From the NCBI GenBank assembly GCA_964016885.1, contig OZ024747.1, positions 92,938,001 through 93,002,000 of the forward strand: 64,000 nt of DNA. The letters are read 5' to 3'. The notes under the pieces are model-generated. The model searched no databases. It was not told the origin of the DNA and saw only the letters and a program-made list of their open reading frames with translations. This document shows positions 54,827 to 64,000 of the stretch, piece by piece; the first letter of the stretch is position 1; each line of letters starts with the position of its first letter. Both the position numbers and the translations under genes were made by a program. The stretch comes from Eledone cirrhosa (Eukaryota).

Positions 54827-55943
54827 TTATATGCATTTAAAAAAAGAAAAAGTCGTTTTCAAACGATGGTTACAGTATAGAGAACGTTCAATTTTGCTGT
54901 TCAAAAGTTTGTTTACCGACGTTAAAATGCAGTATATCTCCAAATTGCATAACTTGCAGAATCGATGATTTTGCTTATATGCAGGCGCAGCTGCAATAAT
55001 TTGCCAATCAAGGGAGAATGCTTGATTGTTCCTCCGGAGCTACCAGGCTTTATCGGCGAGGGTTGTTACGGAGCGCATTTTCTCGTGCCTAATCGAAGAT
55101 CGATGTTGGTATAGGTGAGCCTTGAAAGAAGTTGCGGTACATCCGACGTAATACCATTTGTTGGTTCCGGAATTTATTGTACATCGGTAGACAATATTGC
55201 GTGCTAGGCACTGGTTATTCAGTGGGCACGTACCTGGTTTGGTGCAGTTACAATTATTTTTATGTTTTGCAGTAGAATCCTGGATAGTTTGGTGAGGTTG
55301 TAGTTGCGTGTTAGTGCGTTGTATGTTGCTATGCTGGTGCGCTGAGTCATTAGGGATGTACTTATTCAGTATTGCTGAGTTGAGTTTTTTAATTAGTTGT
55401 TCTATGTTAGGTGCAGTGGAGTATGAGAGTCTAATGGTGCGCGAGTTAAAGATTTTATAGTATTTATGTGAAGTTGTAAAGTGTTTATTGATTAGTGTAT
55501 AGAATTGTGAGATAATCTTAGTGCTAATAGAAGAATTGTACACGGGGTTATACCATATGTACTCTCTACGTCTGACTCTATTTGCTGGTTTGCACCTATT
55601 ATTATGCCTATTGATGTGTGTGTGTGGTGCAATACTAGTTCGACTTAGATGTGTTTTATTCATAGTACTTATGTGGTTATCGTCTAGATATTCTATTTTC
55701 TCGCAGTAACCAGCTTTTCTAAGTGCGTCATTATGATATTCAGCATGCTCGTTGAAGGTCTGCAAATTAGACGACAGTCGGGAGATACTTATGGATATAT
55801 TTTTAGGGATAGATTTAATAATGGAATGAGGATGGTTCGATTTTACATTAACGTACTTAAGATTTTCATTAAGTTTGTGAAATGGCTCTATATTACCGTT
55901 ATTAAGGTTGAAGGTGACATCCAAGAAGTTGACCACCTTGATA
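54827..55943 (-). pseudogene. PLE RT C-terminus/thumb, Cys-rich linker and GIY-YIG endonuclease; one in-frame stop at 55040
   Basis: VVNFLDVTFNL, YVNVKSNHP, CNC...CPLNNQC, IVYRCTI...YYVGCTATSFK. The frame continues past the TAG as LRRNNQAFSLDWQII...CKLCNLE...LLNSKIE...CNH to TAA at 54827. Confidence 0.88.
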
Positions 55944-55944
55944 A

Positions 55945-56668
55945 CCGGAATCAAATTTACAAACGGAAGGAAACACGAACTGCAACGAGATATTAAAATT
56001 CTACTCGACAACCTAAGGAATACCAAAGGAATTATCATAAAGGCAAACAAAACATCGAATCTATACACCCTGGATGTAGAAACATATAATAATTTTATAC
56101 GTAAGGAATTACATAGGAAGTACAAAAAAACAAACGCAACTACACTAACCAACATTAATAACGCAGCATGTGATATTGTTAAGAAACTGAAAATTGACGA
56201 CAGAACGGTACCCCTATCTCCAGCTACACCGACTTTTAATCTGAAGGACCATAAGGATAACTTCGATACTAACCCTAAAATTAGATTAATATGTCCTTCG
56301 AAGTCCGATATAGGTAGAATTAGTAAGTACATATTAGATCGTATTATCCCCCAAGTTACGGCTAAGGTAGATATTAAATTATGGGGTAATACTCATCAGG
56401 CAATAAGATGATTCAATAACATTAGGGACAAAAACAAATCTTCTTTTATTCAATTCGATATAGATGAATACTATTCCTCTATTTCACCCGAAACCCTGCA
56501 TAAGGCCCTCTCTTTCGCTAAGACTAACTCGGACCTCACAAACGAGGAAATTAATATTATACTTGAAGCTAGACGCACAGTAGTACACTTTGAAAATAGT
56601 TATTGGGTCCGCAGAGATAGACCCTCGGAATTCGACATTACGATGGGTTCTAATGATTCGGCGAAAAG
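55945..56668 (+). pseudogene. Inverted PLE RT N-terminal segment; in-frame stop at 56409
   Basis: IIIKANKTSNLY, LKDHKDNFDTNPKIRLICPSKSDIGRISKYILD, then after the TGA FIQFDIDEYYSSIS...FDITMGSNDSA. Confidence 0.85.
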
Positions 56669-56890
56669 CAGACAACAAACGGGATATATTTGGATTTAAA
56701 ACTTATACGACCTCTTTTATACCATAAACGTGGTTTTGTCTTTGCGCGTAATTGTTTTTCACCGCTCCTATTAATGACGTATTATTCGTTTTTTCCCGTT
56801 CTTTGCCAGCGAACGTTACCACGAACCAAAGTATCATCTTCCTGTCTTCCTCCGGTTGCAGCGTTTTTTGAAATATCCAGTTCTGCGTTT

Positions 56891-56966
56891 ACAGATTGAC
56901 TTTGTTAGTTTAAGAAGATCCCGTTAAGGGTGAAAGCAGCGATTCTTTGCTTAAACTTTAATCTGT
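56891..56966 (+). ncRNA. Hammerhead-like three-way fold with a non-canonical core (AAGAAGA)
   Basis: Stem I AGTTT/AAACT extended by ACAGATTGA/TTAATCTGT; stem II CCC/GGG; GAAA; stem III AGCA/TGCT; followed by AATAAA and a TA array. Confidence 0.5.
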
Positions 56967-56977
56967 TATTTTAATAA

Positions 56978-59300
<2,323 letters not shown>

Positions 59301-60188
59301 AAAGTTCAGAGAGCTTATACCACTATTAGCTGCTAAAGGGTTCTCACTAAAAATGAAAGGCAGGTTGTACGATGCCTGCATACGAACAGCAATGCTGCAT
59401 GGCAGTGAGACCTGGGCATTGTGTGCAGAGGATATACGCAGACTAGAGAGGAACGAAGCTTGCATGCTCCGCTGGATGTGTAACAGTAATATACGTGAAC
59501 GGCAAAGCATAAACGAACTAAGGAATAAATTAGAGATAAGAGGGATCAGATGTTGTTTACTCGAGAGAAGGCTACGTTGGTATGGACACGTGATGCGCAT
59601 GAAAGTCGATAGCTGTATAACAAAGTGCAGGGCAATAAAGATAGACGGTAGTCACGGAATAGGCAGACCTAGAAAAACCTGGGACGAGCTGATAAACTCC
59701 GACATCACACACTTACACCTCTCCAAGACAATGTCACTGGACCGAGACCTTTGGCGGTACTCAGTAACAGAGAAGACCCGCCTTACCTAAATATATAGTA
59801 AAACCTACTCCAGCCAGTAGGCATCTCTAACAAAATACACCCCGTCCCACCACCCCCACCTCCACCCGATCCACACCACCCCGTTCTATGTAAAGTTATG
59901 TTGGTGCCGCGCCATCGAGGCCGAAACAAATGAGATCGTGTAGGTGTCACGACAAAAAACACACAGTCCACGCTGTAATGTGGCCGTGTAGGCAACACGG
60001 TAAAAACCTCCCAGACCCACACTGTAAATGTGGTTGGTGTTAGGAAGGGCATCCAACTGTAGAAAACCTGCCAGACAGTCCTATGCGAGCAAGACAATCA
60101 CTCTTGCCTCAAGTGGGACTACCCCCGTCCAAACCCATGCAAGCGTGGAACACGGACGTTAAACGTTGATGATGATGATGATGATGAT
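59301..60188 (+). mobile_element. 5'-truncated RTE LINE, young (open RT C-terminal ORF 59353-59790, 3' UTR, GAT tail)
   Basis: [20 protein letters not shown]...MLRWMC...[11 protein letters not shown]...GRPRKTW is the typical RTE C-terminus; TA arrays on both sides. Confidence 0.92.
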
Positions 60189-60239
60189 ATATGTATATAT
60201 GTATATATATATATATATATGTGTATATGTATATATGTA

Positions 60240-60312
<73 letters not shown>

Positions 60313-60344
60313 ATACATATATATATATACATATATATATATAC

Positions 60345-60398
<54 letters not shown>

Positions 60399-60399
60399 G

Positions 60400-60518
<119 letters not shown>

Positions 60519-60519
60519 G

Positions 60520-60649
<130 letters not shown>

Positions 60650-60652
60650 TAC

Positions 60653-60712
<60 letters not shown>

Positions 60713-61069
60713 GGAGGCACATGGCTTAGCGGTAAGAGCATTGGCCTTGCAATCGAAAGGTTGTGAGTTCAATTCTCAGACCGGGTGATGTGTTGTTTCC
60801 TTGAGCAAGACACTTTATTTCACATTGCTCCAGTTTACTCAGCTGTAGAAATGAGATGATAGGGACTGGGGTCCCTATCATTCCACTACAAAGTGGTCGT
60901 GGTGGTGTCACGGCAAAAAAGCACCCAGCACTCACTGTAAATGAGGTTGGTGTTAGGAAAGGCATCCAGCTGTAGAAATCAAGCCAAAATCAGTTCCCGT
61001 CCCACCCTTGCAAGCAGGGAAAAAGTGGACGTAAAATGAAATGATGATGATGATGATGATGATGATGAT
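60713..61069 (+). mobile_element. SINE family A in a TA array
   Basis: Full-length copy with (TA)n on both sides. Confidence 0.92.
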
Positions 61070-61081
61070 ATATATATATAC

Positions 61082-61194
<113 letters not shown>

Positions 61195-61199
61195 TATAT

Positions 61200-62719
61200 A
61201 GGTATTTGGAGGCCATGGGTTTAGCATAGTGTGAGTGGAGAATTTGGGCTCTCTCGTCTATGCTAAACTATGCTAAACCCATGGCCTCCAAATACCTGAT
61301 ACTCAAAAACTCAGCAATGTCCAGTAGTGCTAAGTTTAATATTCTGATCGCAGATTTGGTACGAGTGATGAAGAATGTGTCCAGCATGTGCGACCCAACA
61401 GAAATGGAAGGACACATCCAACACTTCATCAACCGCATGCAGTTCTCTGGCTACAACCAAAGAGACAGAGTCAGAGTATACGAAGGAGCCATGGAAAAGT
61501 ATAAGACCCTCATAGAACTGGACATGAAAGGAATTTGCCCACTATACAGGAGCAAATCATGGAATAGCTTAGATAGGGCTAGACATAAGATAGGGAAGGC
61601 CACATCATGGTATGACAACCAGAGATATCAGAGTGTCATGTTTGTGGACGCCACCCTTGGAGGGAAATTAGCTAACCAGTGTAGAAAGGCCCTGAGAAAG
61701 ACCCACTTAAAAATAAAGGTGGTAGAAAGGCCAGGAACCACCATAAAATCCCTGATCAGCAAAACCTACCCTTTTAAGAAAACCCACTGTACCAATAGGA
61801 AATGTATCATATGTAAGGTGAACCCCCGGATAAACTGTAAAACTAGAAACGTAGTCTATAGCATAAGATGTACAGAGGGTACTTGCAGAAACACGACAAC
61901 AACATACATAGGTGAGACAGCTCGTAGCATAGGTGAAAGGATAGACCAACACTGGGGGGAACTAAAAGGACGAAAAAACGGGTCAGTACTATACGAACAT
62001 GCTAGACAACAACATGACGGTAACATAGACAACATAGAAATTAGAATAATATCTAAACATAGGAATGACCCAGCAGATAGGCAAATCAGAGAGGCCAGTG
62101 AAATAGAAATTAGAAGACCAAAGCTAAACAGAAAGAATGAGTGGAACAACAACAACACCCAAACAAACAACACTGACCTAAGAGAAGTATAAATAAATAA
62201 GTAAATTAAATAAAATAAATAAAATAAGATAAATAAATACATACACAAGCACATAAACACACACTAGTCACCCAGCAGACACAACACTATACACACTAGT
62301 CACACATCACACATAACACTATACACACACGCAAACGCATGCGCAAAGAAGACAAAATAAAATAAGATAAACAAACAAGCAAATAAATAAATAAATATAT
62401 AGACAGACTGAACAAAAAAAAATGGCGTAGACATACAACACAACAGGAGGAACAATGAATATAACACCACTGACGATGTTGCAGATGTGCAACGAAAGAT
62501 TTATGTAAATTATGTAAACTATATATATATGTGTTTGTCTATATTGTATCTGTATTATTTTTGACCGCCGGTCAGTCAATGGCAACATTGAGGACCGAGT
62601 AAGTTAGATCGCAGATATATATATATAAAAGACAGCGAGAAGCGAAAACCAACCAAACAGTGAGTGTGTTCTGTTATTAATTCTGGCAATATTACGCAAA
62701 TATGACCCTCCCCAAATAT

Positions 62720-62724
<5 letters not shown>
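61200..62724 (+). mobile_element. Penelope-like retroelement 2, 5'-truncated with a short 5' inversion; open thumb and GIY-YIG ORF 61260-62192
   Basis: YAKPMAS...SA, SGY, CTNRKCIIC...CKTRNVVYSIRC...YIGETARSIGERIDQH...RQIREASEI...PKLN; TA arrays on both sides. Confidence 0.92.
62466..62506 (+). ncRNA. Degenerate minimal hammerhead in the PLE 2 3' UTR
   Basis: CTGACGA-T-GTTGCA-gatg-TGCAAC-GAAA gives a perfect core and 6-bp stem II. Stem III (AGATTT, one change from the palindrome AGATCT) and stem I (2 bp) are weak. Confidence 0.5.
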
Positions 62725-62796
<72 letters not shown>

Positions 62797-62831
62797 ATAA
62801 ATAACAAAGAACGCCTATAGCATATGCATGT

Positions 62832-62889
62832 CTTTACTTGCTAACATTGTTTCATCCGCACTATAAGTGGGACTCATCAGAGCATAAAG
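62832..62889 (-). ncRNA. Type I hammerhead ribozyme in a solo island (62796-63016) inside TA arrays
   Basis: Minus strand: CTTTA-TGCT-CTGATGA-GTCC-CACT-tat-AGTG-c-GGAT-GAAAC-aat-GTT-AGCA-ag-TAAAG. All three stems pair and stem I has a 2-nt bulge. Confidence 0.85.
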
Positions 62890-63095
62890 GTTAATTACAT
62901 ACCATACAAGCAATAACAAATCCAAGACATTGAAGAATGAAAATTAATAATAGACGATAAAGGATATTAAGGAAGTAAAAGTAAAAATAAAGATAAGAAT
63001 AAAAATAAAAATAAATATGTATATATATATATGTATATATATATATATGTGTATATATATATATGTATATATATATATATGTATATATATGTATG

Positions 63096-63124
<29 letters not shown>

Positions 63125-63126
<2 letters not shown>

Positions 63127-63472
63127 CATCATCATCATCATCATCATCATTTTACGTCCGCTTTTCCCTGCTTGCAAGGGTGGGACGGGAACTGATTTTG
63201 GCTTGCTTTCTACAGCTGGATGCCCTTCCTAACACCAACCTCATTTACAGTGAGTGCTGGGTGCTTTTTTGCCGTGGCACCTACACGACCACTTTGCAGT
63301 GGAATGATATGGGCCCCAGTCCCTATCATCTCATTTCTACAGCTGAGTAAACTGGAGCAATGTGAAATAAAGTGTCTTGCTCAAGGAAACAACACATCAC
63401 CCGGTCTGAGAATTGAACTCACAACCTTTCGATTGCAAGGCCAATGCTCTAACCACTAAGCCATGTGCCTCC
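63125..63472 (-). mobile_element. SINE family A in a TA array
   Basis: Full-length reverse copy with (TA)n on both sides. Confidence 0.92.

Positions 63473-64000
<528 letters not shown>

Larger units (their letters stand above)
54250..56668 (-). mobile_element. Penelope-like retroelement (C-terminal GIY-YIG), 5'-truncated with an inverted 5' segment
   Basis: Minus-strand RT C-terminus and GIY-YIG, 3' UTR with a hammerhead, and a plus-strand inverted RT N-terminal part. The 3' end abuts a TA array. Confidence 0.9.

Overview
Eukaryotic, very AT-rich animal DNA, most likely an octopus or other coleoid cephalopod (inferred from the SINE/RTE repertoire, not proven). Left of the assembly gap (48403-48601) the window is mostly intron of a minus-strand SATB/dve (COMPASS/CMP-domain) gene. 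One exon is clear (3090-3284) and one is a candidate (47228-47410). The intron holds about 14 copies of a TTAA piggyBac-type MITE, a second TTAA MITE family, tRNA-derived SINEs, 5'-truncated RTE LINEs and a 1.5-kb minisatellite. Right of the gap are multi-kb (TA)n-derived arrays containing young Penelope-like elements (PLEs), RTE fragments and SINEs. The signal the ORF track misses is a set of type-I hammerhead ribozyme folds found by hand: five well supported (13359, 29070, 53929, 54296, 62832), one degenerate (62466) and one with intact stems but a non-canonical core (56891). Most sit at PLE-type 3' ends next to TA tracts. The long Y/I/M/C/V and Y/I/H/T ORFs are microsatellite artefacts. All folds and alignments were done by eye and none was computed.
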